Positions 32,870 through 47,159 of a stretch of 64,000 nt of DNA are shown here, piece by piece; positions within the stretch are counted from its first letter, which is position 1; the number at the start of each line of letters is the position of its first letter. The notes under the pieces were generated by a model that made no database searches, was not told the origin of the DNA, and saw only the letters and a list, made by a program, of their open reading frames with translations. Where the stretch lies: assembly GCA_043228905.1 (NCBI GenBank), contig JBHGNT010000008.1, positions 10,664,001 to 10,728,000 of the forward strand. Direction: 5' to 3'. Source of the DNA: Azolla caroliniana (taxonomy: Eukaryota; Plantae; Polypodiophyta). The position numbers were made by a program, and so were the translations under genes.

Positions 32870-35686
32870 CCAGAGCAAAACAGTGTGGCCGAAAGGAAGA
32901 ACCGATCGATTGTCGATGTGGCAAGGGCAATGCTGCAGGAGAAGAGCATGCCCCATTTCTCCTGGGTTGAGGCGGTCCAGACGGCCGTCTACATCCGAAA
33001 CCGGATCGGTGACAAGGTGTCTGTGCATGAGTTGTATTCCAGGCGCAAGCTGAATTTGAGACACCTTCGGATATTCGATAGCATTGCATATGTGCATGTG
33101 CCAGATGAGAAGCAAAGTAAGTTGGATGCAAAGTCGGAGAAATGCATCCTAGTCGGTTACTCGCATGAGCAAAAGGGGTATAAGTGTTATAACCCCCGAA
33201 TGAAGCAAGTTCGAGTTAGACGGGATGTTGAGTTTGATGAAATGACATCATGGTATGCCTTACTGGCTCCGACTTCTGACCCCGACCCGATACTAGAGGA
33301 TGAGGATAGTGACCTTGAATCGGTCCAGTTAGAAGACGAAGGGTTCAAGACTCTAGATGTGAGTCCGGAATCGTTTCGGTTGAGCAGGCCAAATGAACAA
33401 CTAGATCAGATAGACCAATCGGAAGATGAACCAGTGAGTAGTGGAGACTCTGATGTGTTCCCCCCCTGCAAGGAACCGAGGAGATGATTCACGCGCAAGG
33501 AAAAGGGGAAGAGGAAGATGCCAGAGCACGAGATTGGCAATGGTGAGTCGGATCGGAGCGAATCCGACTCCGAAAAAGAAGAAAGCGGATCTTCGGCAAC
33601 AAAGACCTAACCGGCCAAGAAGGGCCTCAAACCGGGCAACGATAAGTTACGCCGGTCTTCCCACCAGAAGAACCCCGTGAAGCGGTACGGGTACATGACT
33701 AAGGTGGCGGAAGTGCGTGAGCCGGAGAGCTATGCAGAAGCGGCAAAGGACATAAATTGGCATGCCGCTATGGAGGAAGAAATGTGGGCACTTGATGCCA
33801 ACGAAACATGGGACCTAGTTGACCCTCCCCGACACTATAAATCAATCGGATGTAAGTGGGTGTACAAGGTAAAGTACAATGCCGAGGGTTCGGTTAACCG
33901 GTACAAGGCCCGGTTAGTGGTGAAGGGATATGCGCAAACCCACAGAATCAACTACAATGAGACCTTCGCTCCAATAGCAAAGATGACAACGGTTCATGTG
34001 GTGTTGGTGGTTGATGCAGCAAGGGGGTGGCATCTTCACCAGATGGACGTGAAGAATGCATTTCTTCAAGGAGATCTTGAAGAAGAGCTCTTTATGACCC
34101 AACCCTCCAATTTCCAGTCAGAGATGAACAAGTCGGCGGTATGCCGGTTGAAGAAGTCGCTCTATGGCCTAAAGCAAGCCCCCCGAACTTGGAATGCGAA
34201 GATCACACACCGGTTGCGTAAGATGGGGTTTGCAGCCTCCAAGTCCAACTCTTCATTGTTCATCCGGCAAGGTCCGAACGGTCCGGTTTGCATCCTGTTG
34301 TATGTTCATGATCGAGTCATCATCGGACCCGGACTCGATGAAATCAGCCGAGTCAAGTCCCAATTGTCCGATGCATTTGAGATGAAGGACTTGGGGGACC
34401 TTCATTATTTTCTTAGGATCGAGGTGATCCGAACCCTCGACGGCATATTGCTCTCACAAAGACACCATGTGTTGAATATGTTGTACAAGTTTGGCATGAC
34501 GGAATGCTGACCGATCTCCACACCCCTGGACCAAAACCAGAAGCTTCGTCCTTACTCCAGACCGGCCTGCGATGAGAAGCGATTCCGACAAATCTTCAGA
34601 AGCCTTATATATTTGACAATCACCCGACCCGACATCAGTTATTCGGTCGGCGTGATCAGCCAATATATGCAGAAGCCAACCGAGGAGCACCTTCTGTGCG
34701 CGCATTGAATTTTGCGATATGTGAGCGGCACGAAGGACCAGGGACTGTTATACCGGCATGGTATAACCGAAGAGCTAGTCGGCTATACCGATGCCGACTG
34801 GGCCGGCGATGCATCGGATCGCCAATCCACCTCCGGCTATATGTTTTCCCTTGGTAGCACAGTTGTTGCGTGGAGCAGCAAAAAGCTACCAGGGCCCTTG
34901 GTAGCACGGTTGAATACCGTTGCTACCTATGAAGCCATTTGGCTTCGGCAACTGCTACAAGACCTGCAGATCGAGGTGCCGACCCCGATCTTGATCTACT
35001 GCGACAACTTAAACAGCATGCAGCTCGCCAAGAACCTCGTATTCCATGCTCGCACAAAGCACATAGAAGTGCACTACCACTTCGTGCATGAGCATGTCAT
35101 GATCGGTGAAGTCAAACTTCGGTATGTTCATACGGATTGGCAGGTTTCCGACATCTTCACCAAACCGCTCGGATCAGACAATTTGCAGCACTTCACCGAA
35201 ATGCTTGGTGTTCAGCATCTCGACGTGCCACAGTTGAGGGGGAGAACGGGCAAAGACACAAGAACGGGCAAAGGCAAAGAAATTGTTGATTGCGCCGATA
35301 AGGGAAGAACCGACAAAGGGAGAGACAAGAAGAAGAAAGGAGTCGAGTCGACAAAGGAAGTTGACACATCATAACAAGTCGGAACAAGCGGCAGCGGCAG
35401 TAGAGTCAAGAAGGACAGAGCCAACCAGAAGAAGGCCAAGACCCAGACATGGTTCGATGTGGTGAAGGGCCTGGAACTGGAAGACAAATCGGGAGCGACT
35501 GATTCAGACAAGAGCTGGAACGAATCGGAGACAGCCTATTTGGTTCAACAAAAGGATTCGGAATAACCAGATCAATTCAAGGCCAAGAGGACGAGAAGGC
35601 AGCGAAAGTCGATGCCAACATGAAGGAATCGGCAAATCGGCAAGCGCCGAAGTCATAGAAGCGAGGGAGCTGAATTAGGCCTGTTG
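32870..35686 (+). pseudogene. Family A copia INT-RT-RH and 3' UTR (second copy, no LTRs)
   Basis: ORFs 32804-33487, 33677-34510 and 34712-35374 with YKARLV, HQMDVKNAFLQG, YTDADWAGD. Confidence 0.9.
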
Positions 35687-38600
35687 ACTAGAAATGGCAT
35701 TATGATGTCCGGGATGCAATCCTTCAAGACCTTGTTCATGGCATTCACCATATGAGCCACCGAGTTCATTGCACCTTGAGGTAAGGTACACATCCGCACG
35801 AGCCCGATCGGAGTCCTCATGGTTGTAATGTCACGATTGTCGATCACCAATTGGAATTGGTCATATCTAGAGTAGAGATCACCAATGGAGTAGATAGACC
35901 GACCCACAAATGCTTCGGCAAATTCATCCACACTCGGACCGATTCTAGCATTCCGAATTGTCACCTTGTTGACAGGTTGAAGATCTTAGATGAATCGCAA
36001 TGATTCATTCTTCTTTGACACCGTGAACCACTTATTAAAATAGGGAGCATTCGACAGTTCCAAAATTCCCATATCCACCTTCTCCTCTAAGAGCTCGATC
36101 AACTTCAGTAGGTGTGCTCTCCGAACCGGTATCGGTTTCAAATTCCAAGGCATGTGCGGCACCGTGAAGATCACCATCGGTTCTATCGTCCTTGGATCAG
36201 CACATCCGATTTCTTGTGGGAAAAATGTGAAAGCCTTCCCATGTCTCTCAAGCATATCACAAAACATTCGCTCCTCTTCAAGGAGGAGGAAATCCTCCCT
36301 TCCAACTCGTAGCTTTCCTTTTTTCTCTTCGGTGAAGACATGACCTATTGCCTTTGGATCTCTTCAACTTGGATCGTTAGCGACTTCCTTCATCTTTTGC
36401 CAGCTATCTTCCGATAGCGGAACCGCAACTGGCTTGATCTTCCTATCCACCGTTTTATATTTTGTGTTGATGTCAGCTTCCTTCATCAAGATGCTTCGAT
36501 GATATTCATCGATGATAGTGTACATGTTGATGGAGTTAACCAAAATCACGTGTTGATCATGAAGATAGCTCAAGTCCACGACTTCCTCGATTTCGCCGAT
36601 GGTGTTGTTAAATGAGGCTTCTTCCATAATATGAGTCACGAACCCTTCTTCTTCTATTATGTCGCCATTAGGTGTGACACATGTCGCTTCTCCTCGCAAT
36701 CCACGCACTCTATCTTGTGGGGAATTGTGATTGCTTGGACTATTTGTGCCCCATGCTTCAATAGTCCGCTCTAAAAATCCGAAGCATCTTCTCCGAGACA
36801 ATCCCGATTCCTTTCATGGTTGGCACGTACAATCAAGAATTGTACGGCCTTCTTCCCATCAAGACTCCTAACTCAAGCAAATGCCACACCATTGTTGAAC
36901 ACTTTGGTTTCCATCCGTGATGATGTTATGTACGGTTGCCCAAGAATGATGGGATGGGATGTCGAGTCTTGAACAAAAAAATGTTGATCTATCTCGACAT
37001 CGCAAATCATGATGGGGATGTTAGGACATCCTCCATACAAGTCTTCAGTAGCTTTCGTAGCAACATGGATCTTCCACCCATGATTCGTATTTATGGGCCA
37101 TCTTCCCTTCCTGTAGACCTCAGTCGACAAGGTTGATTTTGGACCCATGGTCTATTAACGCTATGATTGTCTCTTTTCTTTCCCCCAACTTTACTAGCGT
37201 CTTCGTCGTTGCTCGCGCCCAATGAGGCCGAGTATAGTGGTTGTCCACCATATCTTCCTCGACTTCATCTCTTGCCATCGTTATGGCATTCGCTCTTGCT
37301 TTTAGTGGCTTCTCTTCTTCTTCGTCCGACTATTTCCTTTTTCTCTTTACGAGGTCCACAATCGTATAATGGAACTCCTTCATAATGCTGAGCAATTCCC
37401 TCAAGGACAAGGTCACATGGCTATCAAGAACACGTTCCTCGAGAATCTTCTTCATGTCTATCGTTTGTTCTATGTCCAACTTTAGTTTATAGGTAGGCAT
37501 AGTTCTTGTCTTCCGAGCAGGCTCTTCGACACCAACCTTCACAGGTCGAACCATTTCTTCGACTCTTTTGCTCAACTCCCCTTTCCAACTCGAGTCTCCT
37601 TACTCCGTTTGTAACGCTCAACTCGTTTCTGCATCTTCTTTCTTTTTTGCGTTCCTTGTTTCATATCTTTTTGATGGGCCTTGCTCTTCTATTCTTTTTC
37701 TCTTTCCTTCGACGAACACCTCGTGGTTGTCACACATCACTTCCGTGGGTATGGTGTTGTCATCCACCGGATCCGACCATCTGGTGATACTTTGTACACT
37801 TCGGTCCGCAAGCTCTACCTCGTTCAAAATGACTTTTCCCTTCTGCATCTTCCATAGATTTCTTCATTCCCCCTCTTCCGAAATTCACCCGCAGGGGTCT
37901 TCGAGTTTCAGTCAAGCAGATCATGTTGTCATCCATGTATATGATATTTTGTCGGATGGCCTCTCGAAGGCTCTCCCTTCTCATGTGGTTCAAGCTGTCG
38001 CACCACACACATCTAAAGGGTTCTTTTCCTTTGGGACCCCGACGATTCATGTTGGCTAGCGTGACCATCTCGAACTTCTTCACCAGTTCTTCGATGATGT
38101 CATCATCAATCTTCTTTTCTTCCGGGCTCATTTGTTTGGGCGGCTTAGCTACTTTCGGTTGTCTTGTTTTCTCCACAACAGTCGATGTCATCAACCCACT
38201 AACGATGCTTGTCGAGCCTATTGCATGCTCGCTTCACTGCAACCCAGTCTGCCACAAGCCCATTCGCTTGGGTATCATCTTAGAGGAGAGTACCCAGTTC
38301 TCATCTATCCTTCATATCCACAGCCTTTAGGAAGTACAAAGTTTTGTCCTCCTCAACTAGCACTTGGTCTGTGACAGGGAGACGACTATACATCTGGTCG
38401 AATTCGTCGTACACCCTCGAGGCGCTCATCGTCTTATTTTTCTTCTCTATCCACTTCATCAAGGCATGTCGAGTCATCCTCGACAAATCTTCTGTCGCGA
38501 ACTCCGCTCATATCGCTTTCTCGAATTCAGACCATGTTGTCTTGCTTTCTTGAAGCTCGATGACACACCATTGGATGTTGTTGGCGACCACACTCTTGAA

Positions 38601-40162
38601 ACTTGTGATTTGACGCGCTTCAGACATGTCCCTCTGATTAATTTCCCTTTTGTATGCATCAAGGAACTTCCTAATGTTCCTTCCATCAAATTGACCCTCG
38701 AGCTCCATGACACGGTCAACAGTCTTCTCCACGCTCGCATCGTTGTCTCGAGATCTCATCATTTATTCGACGATCAGCATCATCCTTTCAAATTCTCCCG
38801 CTTGATTGCTTGAGGATGCCATCTTCAAGTATCGGTTGATCCTCGACTTGATCTTTCCTACCGCCTCTTTCACGTCGGGTTCACCACTTAATTATGTCGT
38901 GAAGATCCGTCACTACGTGCAGATCGTGAGGCGGAACCGTCGGGGTTCTGGACCGGAAGGATTCGAAGTTTGCACAAGCTTTAGCGAGAAAGTATTTAAG
39001 ATAGAGACAGAGATTGAGATAAGATAGGACGCTTGACTTTAGATTGAGAAAGATTGAAATGGAGAGAGAGATTAAGATTGAACCCTTTACTTTAGATTTG
39101 AGGAACAAGATATATCGTGGATTGGATAACGAATTTTCTTCTTAATTTTAATTTTGATATAAAGTACAAAGCTTGCTTGATTAATAATCAGCCCCTCTTT
39201 TCCTCTCTATCCACTCTTTTATAGATGTCCCCATGCATATGATGCTTGTGAGGGTACAACACATGCATACAATGCATGTGATGCATGTTTGCCATTTAGC
39301 GCTCATGCATTACATGTGATGCATGATAACCATGTCACTCAATCAAGCTCTAATATGAGAATTTACATGTAAAGGTATAATGATAGGAAAAATAATTCTA
39401 AGAAAATGACTTAGCTTAGTAATAAGTCTATTGCCTCTTATCTTGGAGGTGCAAGGTTCAAGCCTTGCTTGCATCTCTTTGTATACAAACTTTTACTAGG
39501 TTTTTTAGTCTAGATATTTTGTTCGTTTCACACCGAAATCATCGCGATCAACCTATCCGATCGATCCATATATTCGGTTCGCATCCGACCTGGTGATCCG
39601 GTCTATCCGGTTCGGCGGTGTCCGCCGTTCTGTTTCTGGTTTTTGGTTACGACTCCGTCGTCGTCCGTCCAATTCTAGTTCTGTCGTCATCCGTCCGGCT
39701 CCATTGCCGTCCGTCCGGTTTGGGTTCTGGCTCCATCGTCGTCCATCCGGTTCCGGTTCCATCGCCGGTTTCGTCGTCATCCGGTCACCCAAAACCATTA
39801 CGAGCAATTAAGCCACAGTTTAGCCCAAAAACATTTTGTGCTCCACTCATAGACAAAAGTAATGAGTTTTGGCTCTACTTATATACTGTGGGATCCAGAT
39901 TTGTTCTATCTATGTGGGATATCTCACAGTTTTGTTTTTCTCTTCTTCTTCTCAAACATCACACTCACATAACTTGACACTAAGTTGTCCATTTCACATG
40001 TAGTAAAATGCATTTGGAAGCTCTTGAAGACATCCATCCTTTTCGTACCACGATATAAAATAATATCTACATTATTATTGTTTCATATTGTGTGTGAAGA
40101 ACCACACTCGATTTTGTACGTTCCATGTAGTTTTCACACCGTTGCCGAAAATCTTCACGACA
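35687..40162 (-). mobile_element. 5' part of a gypsy element: LTR 38895-40162, tRNA-Trp PBS, decayed gag-PR-RT
   Basis: TGTCGTGAAGAT..ATCTTCACGACA LTR. gag FDGRNIRKFLDAY, protease region PIILGQPY, RT DLYSRYDQF/LPQGAMNS, truncated before the DD motif. Confidence 0.85.
38869..38886 (-). promoter_or_regulatory. Primer binding site complementary to tRNA-Trp
   Basis: Plus strand reads TTCACGTCGGGTTCACCA, matching the plant cytosolic tRNA-Trp 3' end as I recall it. 8 nt from the LTR. Confidence 0.8.
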
Positions 40163-43100
40163 ACGTGTACGTGACCAAAGGAAGAAAAGCCAAGAAGGAA
40201 GACACCACATCAACATGAACACAAAAATGGGTAGCTCGCTCCCTAGTGAAAAGTTAAACCAGAGCAATTATTCATCTTGGGAGTACAAGATGAACCAATA
40301 CCTAGTCGGCCAAGGGTATTGGAGCTACATCAACGGTGTACAAGAAAATCAACCCGACCCAAAGAACGCTGACTACTCAACATGGGAGCATGCAGCGAGT
40401 CGAGTCATGTATTGGTTGGCAACATGTGTCCATGATCTCATGCTTGGCCACATTCGAGATGCCGAGATGCCTAAAGAGGCATGGGAGAATCTCAAGAAGA
40501 TTTTTGCCGCCAATACAATGGCACACAAGCTTCAACTCTGACAAGAGTTGAACAACATACAACAAAAAGATATGTTTGTGGCATAATACACTGCCAAGAT
40601 CAACAACATTTGTGACTCGCTTGACTCCATCAACATAAACATCGACAAGGACGAGATGGTTCAAGTATGCTTAGGCAGCCTCGAACAACGATTCGACTCG
40701 TTGAAGATGGCAATCTTGGCGAGGGAAAACCCTCCTTCATTCTTCAACCTTCAATCAATGTTATTGGTCGAAGAGAACCACGTCCAAAAAAAGACCAACA
40801 CATCAGAAGGACAAATGTTCTTCCCGAATTCGGATGGTGGTTGAGGACGAGGTCGAGGCAGTAGAAGAGGTCATCAAGACGGAAGCCATCAAGGAACCTT
40901 TGAAAGAAGGGGGAGCTTCCATGCTAAACAAGGTCAGAAAATGAGGCCCACTACTTGCAACTATTGCGGCAAAATCAACCATCGTGAAGAGGTGTTGGAA
41001 GAAGAGAAGTGAGTTGGCTTGTCGCTCACAAATTATGCCACCAACTCTGAATATGACGACTATGGTGGGCTATTCGTAATGAGACATAGAGCGAACTCTA
41101 TGACGGCCTCCGACTCCACAAGCACCTCCAACTCGGAAGACATGTGGTTCGTCGACTCTGGCTCCTCATATCATATGACGTCACACCAAGAGTGGTTTCA
41201 TGACTTAAGAATGCCGGATCAACCCGGCTTCATAAGGACAAGAGACGACGCCACACATCGAATTGGGCACATCTGCACTGTTCTTGCATCAAGAATGACT
41301 TGAACGTTCCACCCATAACAAAGAATTTGGTCTTAGTAGGCCAAATCATGGAGCAAGGCATGCAAGTTCATTTTAACAACGAAGGATGCTTCATCGAGAA
41401 AGATGGTTGACTCATAGCTAAGGGACGGAGAGATGCCTCGGTCGAATGTTCATTCTCAATTCGAACGAGGTGAAATCGGCCATGTATGCCAAAGGTCTCA
41501 AAACCGAGACAAGCATTGAGTTGTGGCACAAGAGAATCAGACACATCAACCTCCAACAACTCTGAGCTATGCAAACAAAGGGAGTTTTCATCGGACTTCC
41601 GACATTCGAGTCGAAACGAATCGACCGAGTGTGCGAGGCGTGTCAATGCGGCAAACAACATTGAATCCCATTTTCGAAGGAGAGCTACGTAAGCAAAGGT
41701 CTCCTCCTCGTCATACATTCGGATGTATGGGGACCGGCTCAAACACCGATGATCGGTGGATGCCGATACTACGTCACCTTCATCGACGACTATTCCCACT
41801 ACACATGGATCTTTCCTATGACAAAGAAGAGCAAAGTGCTCTCCCACTTCCAAAAGCTCAAGGGCCAAGTCGAAAACAAAACCGGTCAGCACATTCGATG
41901 CCTACGGTCAGATGGAGGCAAGGAGTACTTCTTTGACGAATTCATCTCCTACCTCCAAGGTGAAGGCATCCAAAGAGAATTCTCGTGCTGACACACACCC
42001 CAACAAAATGGAGTAGCCGAAAGGAAGAATCGGCACATACTCCAGGTAGCACATGCCATGATGCATGAGAAGCACATGTCGAACTTCTATTGGGCCGAAG
42101 CGGCATCCATGGCCATCTATCTCATGAATCGATGCACCACTAATGGAGTGCATGAGCTAACTCCATACGAGCTCCTTGTTGGAAGGAAGTCGATCCTGTC
42201 ACACCTCAAGGTGTTCGGAAGCATTGCGAATGTACACATCCCAAACAAAAACTGACAGAAGCCCGACGCGAAATCGGACAAATGTATCCTCGTAGGATAC
42301 TCATCCGAGAAGAAGGCATACAAGTGTTATAACCCTTCGATCCAAGCAGTTCGGGTGAGTCGAGACATAATCTTCGACAAATCGGCATATGGTATGAGCC
42401 CGATTCAGCTCTACCCAACCCGACCGATTAAGAGTTGAACGTCACCTCAGAGGACAATCCAAGCTCTACCGAGCTAAGTGGCTTACATTAGCCTTCATGC
42501 GACCAAAGCATGTCGCGACCAAGTCCGAACTTGGACAAAGGCAAAGGTAAGATGCTTGAATATGAAGTCGATCACCCCGACGACAGTGATTTGGATGTGT
42601 CGGCTCGCTCATTGGACAGTGAGTTTGGTGTACCCATCATGCGGACACCCGGTGTAAAGAAGGTGTTCACATCGACGAGCGAAAAACTTTGATGCTCATC
42701 TAGAGAGAAGAACCCCATCACTCGGCTCGGCTACAATGAGTATATGGCCCATCATTATGCCTTCGCGATGAAGGTAGCGGCCGAACAAGAGCTTGAGCGC
42801 TCTACTGAAGCGGCTCATGACCCACAATGGGTGGAAGTAGTTGGCCTTCGCCCATTTCACACCACAAGCCTTCGTCATCGGCTTGAGGGGGAGGAATCGA
42901 GACTTCCTCGAAAAGGCTGGATGGAAGCTGACGAAAGCCAAAGCGGACGTCGGACGCCTCACACCTGAGCTTGAGGGGGCATGTTGAGATATCAAGCTTA
43001 ACTAGATTTAGTTAACTAGTCAACACACGTAACTTAGTAGTTACCTAGATAGAATCTAGTTAGTGTTGACCTAAAGCCTTAAAGAGGATTTTGTACTTGA

Positions 43101-43411
43101 TGGGATACATTGTAGATCCTCCACTCCTATGTTCATTTAATATAGGATGTACACCTTTGTACTTATATTCTACTCACACATGTACACCTTTGCACATGAA
43201 ATGTATATATACCCCATCGTGGGTATTTTTGTATTTGATGATGCTTATTACTATAGTTAATCATCCCCCATCTTGTCTCGTTGTTCATAACTGTTCTTTC
43301 TCTCTTCCTCTCACACTCTCATATACTTACACACACATCATATAATCTTCCGCTGCTTAATCACACAATTATGTACTAATTAACTTGTAGTTAATTACCT
43401 AATTCTTAACA
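40163..43411 (+). mobile_element. H1-related copia with gag-PR-INT, internal deletion of RT/RH, PPT and 3' LTR 42982-43411
   Basis: MGSSLPSEKLNQSNY, WFVDSGSS, LRSDGGKEY. Jumps at about 42840 from the RT start to the element 3' end. gagggggca then TGTTGAG..TTAACA. Confidence 0.8.
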
Positions 43412-44300
43412 AGAAGTTAAATCTGCAGAAGTAACCTGAGTTTCACTTGTAATCGTATTATCACTCGAACCAAGAAGTTCATCTAGATGACTTACATAAA
43501 AAATTGGATGCATTCCGACATAATTAGGAAGAGTGAGATGATAGGTTAATGAACCAATGCGGTTGAGGATTGTGAAAGGGTCTACAAAACCATGGGGCTA
43601 ACTTAGTGCACTTACCCATAGACAATGTTTTAGAACCTTGAGGTACACGTAGAAATACATTTTGTCTAGGGTTGAATGCACAAGGTTGCCTTTTATGGCT
43701 GGCATAAAAATGCACTCTATCTTGAGTTAGTTTTATATTATCTCATGCAATATGTAACATATCTTGAATATTCATTAGAAATGTTTGTGTACTTCCTAAC
43801 ACATTATGATGTATATTAAGAAAACTTCAAAATTGAGAGATAACATTCCCATTGTTGGCTTTGCAGCAACATATGCTTAAAGCATGTCCTCAATAATTTG
43901 ATTTATCTATTCTGTCTGTCCATCGGATTGAGGATAATCCATGGAGCCCATGCTCAATATAGTTTCTAACTTCTTAAAGACTTGCATCCAAAAGTTGCTA
44001 GTGAAACTTTGAATTTCGATCACTCACAATATCCATCGGTAACCCATAAAAATGAAATAATTCATCAATAAATTGGTAAGCCAATTTAGAAGCGGTTACC
44101 ATGGTTTTAGTAGCAATAAACCTGACCATTGTAGTTAGTCTATCAACTACAACCCAAATTGCATGATCACCTTTTTGGGTGCAAGGAAGGCTAACAATAA
44201 AATCCATGGATATACTTTCTTGTTTATTATTGGGAATGTCCAAGGGATGTAAAAGTTTAGTAGCTTTAAGTCGCTTGGCTTTGTTAACCTAATATTGATG
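43412..44300 (-). pseudogene. Degenerate gypsy integrase, chromovirus-like
   Basis: ESISMDFIVSLP..AIWVVVDRLT..FYGLPMDIVSDR. KLAPWF. Confidence 0.75.
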
Positions 44301-45967
44301 ACATTTAGTGGCAAAGATGACAACCATTCGGACCGTGATTGCACTTGCGACAACAAAATGGTGGCACCTCCATCAAATGAATGTAAATAGTGCCTTCCTT
44401 TAAGAAGAATTAGGTGAGGTGTACATGGTACAACCACCCATCTTCAAATTGAGATTGCATTCGACTATCGTATGCCTACTCAAAAAACCTCTCTACGGCC
44501 TCAAGCAAGCACCTAGAGCATAGCACTCGAAGATAACGTAGTATCTTCATCAAATCAGTTTCAAAATGTCCAAATCCGACAATTCCCTATTTATTTGAAG
44601 CGGCTCCAACGGATAGTTATTCGTCATATAATATGTTGACGATTTGGTCATTGGAGGAGAGCACATAGCCAATATCAATAACATCAAGAAGCTCCTCTTC
44701 GGCCAATTCGAAATGAAAGATATGAAGGAGCTCCATTACTTCCTCGGTATAGAAGTAATTTGGACCCCAAACGACATCATGATCTCCCAACGACACTACA
44801 TTTTGAATTTATTGTATAAGTTCGGAATGGATGAGTGCAAATCTATGGCAACCCCTCTCGATCAAAACCTAAAGCTAGATGCCAACTCCGGCACAAAAGA
44901 GTGCAAGCCGACTCACTACCTGCAACTTGTCGGTAGTCTAATCTATCTTACCATTACATGGCCCGACCTCAATTCTCCAGTTGGTCTCCTTAGCCAATTC
45001 ATGCAGACACCTCGCGACACCCATCTATATTGTGCCAAGTGAGTGCTAAGGTATGTAAGTGGTACTATGAACTATCACATTCTTTATAAATCGACAATGT
45101 TGATTCGCGTTGATGGGTACATAGATGCCGACAGACGATTGACTTCCGGATTCATCTTCTCTCTTGGCAATGGAGCCCTAACATGGAGTAGCAAAAAGAA
45201 ATTGAAAGTCGCAATGTCGAGCACTGAGGCCAAATACAAGGGCGCAATCATTGCCATATGTAAAGTTGTTTGGCTTAAGAGAATATTGAAGGATCTAAAC
45301 GTCTCCATTGCAGATCCAATCCTCCTATACTGCAACAACCTCAGCAACATACACCTTGCTCGCAGGCCGGTATTCCATGCTCGGATTAAGCACATCGCGG
45401 TGCATTACCACTTTATCCAAAAATGTGTCCTAGCTGGAGATGTCGACCTACAACATATTGGCATGAGCCTTCAGACAGCCAACATCTTTATGAAAGCCCT
45501 AGGAGCCAACAAGCTTCGGCAATTCACGTTGGATCTTGGTCTTTCACCCTTCGACTTGCCGAGCTTCAGGGGGAGTGAGCTTGTGCCAAAAGTAGAAGGA
45601 GTTGAAGCCGGAGTCGATCATGGAAGCCGACACGAATACCAGCAAGATGAAAGTTGACTTTCCAAGGACTAGGAGTTGAGCTTGAAGGGGCGTGTTGAGA
45701 ATCAAACTCAACTTCCTTATGATGTGAACACATCCTAAGACTTCAAGTGTGGGAACACCCCACTACTATGTAACATAACTAATGTGTCATAAGACTTAAC
45801 TTCTATGACACATAGTTGATAGGTAGTTAAGTTTACACTTCTTTCCCACGAAGTAGTGAGAGAGTGTAGAGAGAAGGTGGTTATAACCACCTTCCCCTCT
45901 CCTTTGTAGTGTTGGTTGTTATTTTCTTGTGAATACAATTTTCTTGTTTTCTGTCTATTTGTATCAA

Positions 45968-46057
<90 letters not shown>

Positions 46058-46115
46058 CACACACACACATCTATTATTATTCAGTTGCACAAAATCATAA
46101 ACTCGATTCTTTACA
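44300..46115 (+). mobile_element. 3' half of an H1-related copia (RT-RH pseudogene, PPT, 3' LTR 45693-46115)
   Basis: FEMKDMKELHYFLGIEV, KHIAVHYHFI. gaaggggcg PPT. LTR tgttgagaatc..ctcgattctttaca homologous to the H1 LTR, with a long (CT)n at 45971-46052. Confidence 0.85.
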
Positions 46116-47159
46116 CTCAGCAACCGAGCAACGTTTGTGCTTTATAGGGACAATATGCATGAAGGTCTATAGAACAATACACAAGGGCAAACCATTCGAG
46201 ACATGTGCTAAACATAGGAGTGTGTAAACACAAGGTATGGAGTATTCTAGCTCACTAGTAGGGAGGTGGGGTTGCAATCAATCTTCAACTATGTATCTAG
46301 CGCAAATATCTAAAATTACGTACAAATTGTAATAAAAGTTTTGGGCCATTGATCAAATTTTTCATAAAGAAGTTATTGAAGAACAACCTATCAACGTTAT
46401 GCTTTATTGGAACAAAGAGAACACAAAAATGTGAATTGTGTGAAGGGCTAGAGAAGAGTACACGAGGGCAAACCATTGAAGACATGTGTTGAACACATGA
46501 GTGTGTAAACACTCGTGCTTGACCCTCAAAGATGTTGGGCATTAGACCCCAAAGGCAAGGACATGTGAGTTCTCATTGACTAACTAGGTTGCAATCAATC
46601 CTCAACTATGTACAACATTTGAGCTCTAAACTTTTGAAAACGCAAAGAATTCAAGCACACAAAGATGGAGCCCACAATACCTCATAGGTGCATAGCATTC
46701 TAGCACTGAATATCTAACTTGGCTCTCAACCCTTTGAGGTTAGCACTCAAACTAGTGACCCCCTCAACGATACAAAGATCTCGAACTCACAAGCAAGAGA
46801 AGAGCATGCACTCATAGAGGAACCACCAAGCTTTAGTGTTGGGTCTGGAATTGTTGCTTAAGCCCAAACACTTTCTTTCTCACTCGATCCTCGTATTTCA
46901 CACTCAATCACATAAAATAACTTTACCTTTTGACCTTTTCATACACATACACATGCTTTTCCACATAAATACATTTATGTAGCCATCATATACCTTCACA
47001 TACACATACACATTCGACTTAAACCTACAAATATGTATGCACACATAAATATATAAAAACAAATACAATGCTTAAACACACATTCACTCACTCATTTCCA
47101 TAAACCCATACATATATATGTTACTCACACATGCATACACATATAAAACCCATATGTAT

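Noticed and set aside
20020-35686. 20020-22858 and 32870-35686 as one element split by an insertion
   Set aside because: They overlap by about 460 bp of diverged integrase sequence and share no TSD, so they are separate copies.
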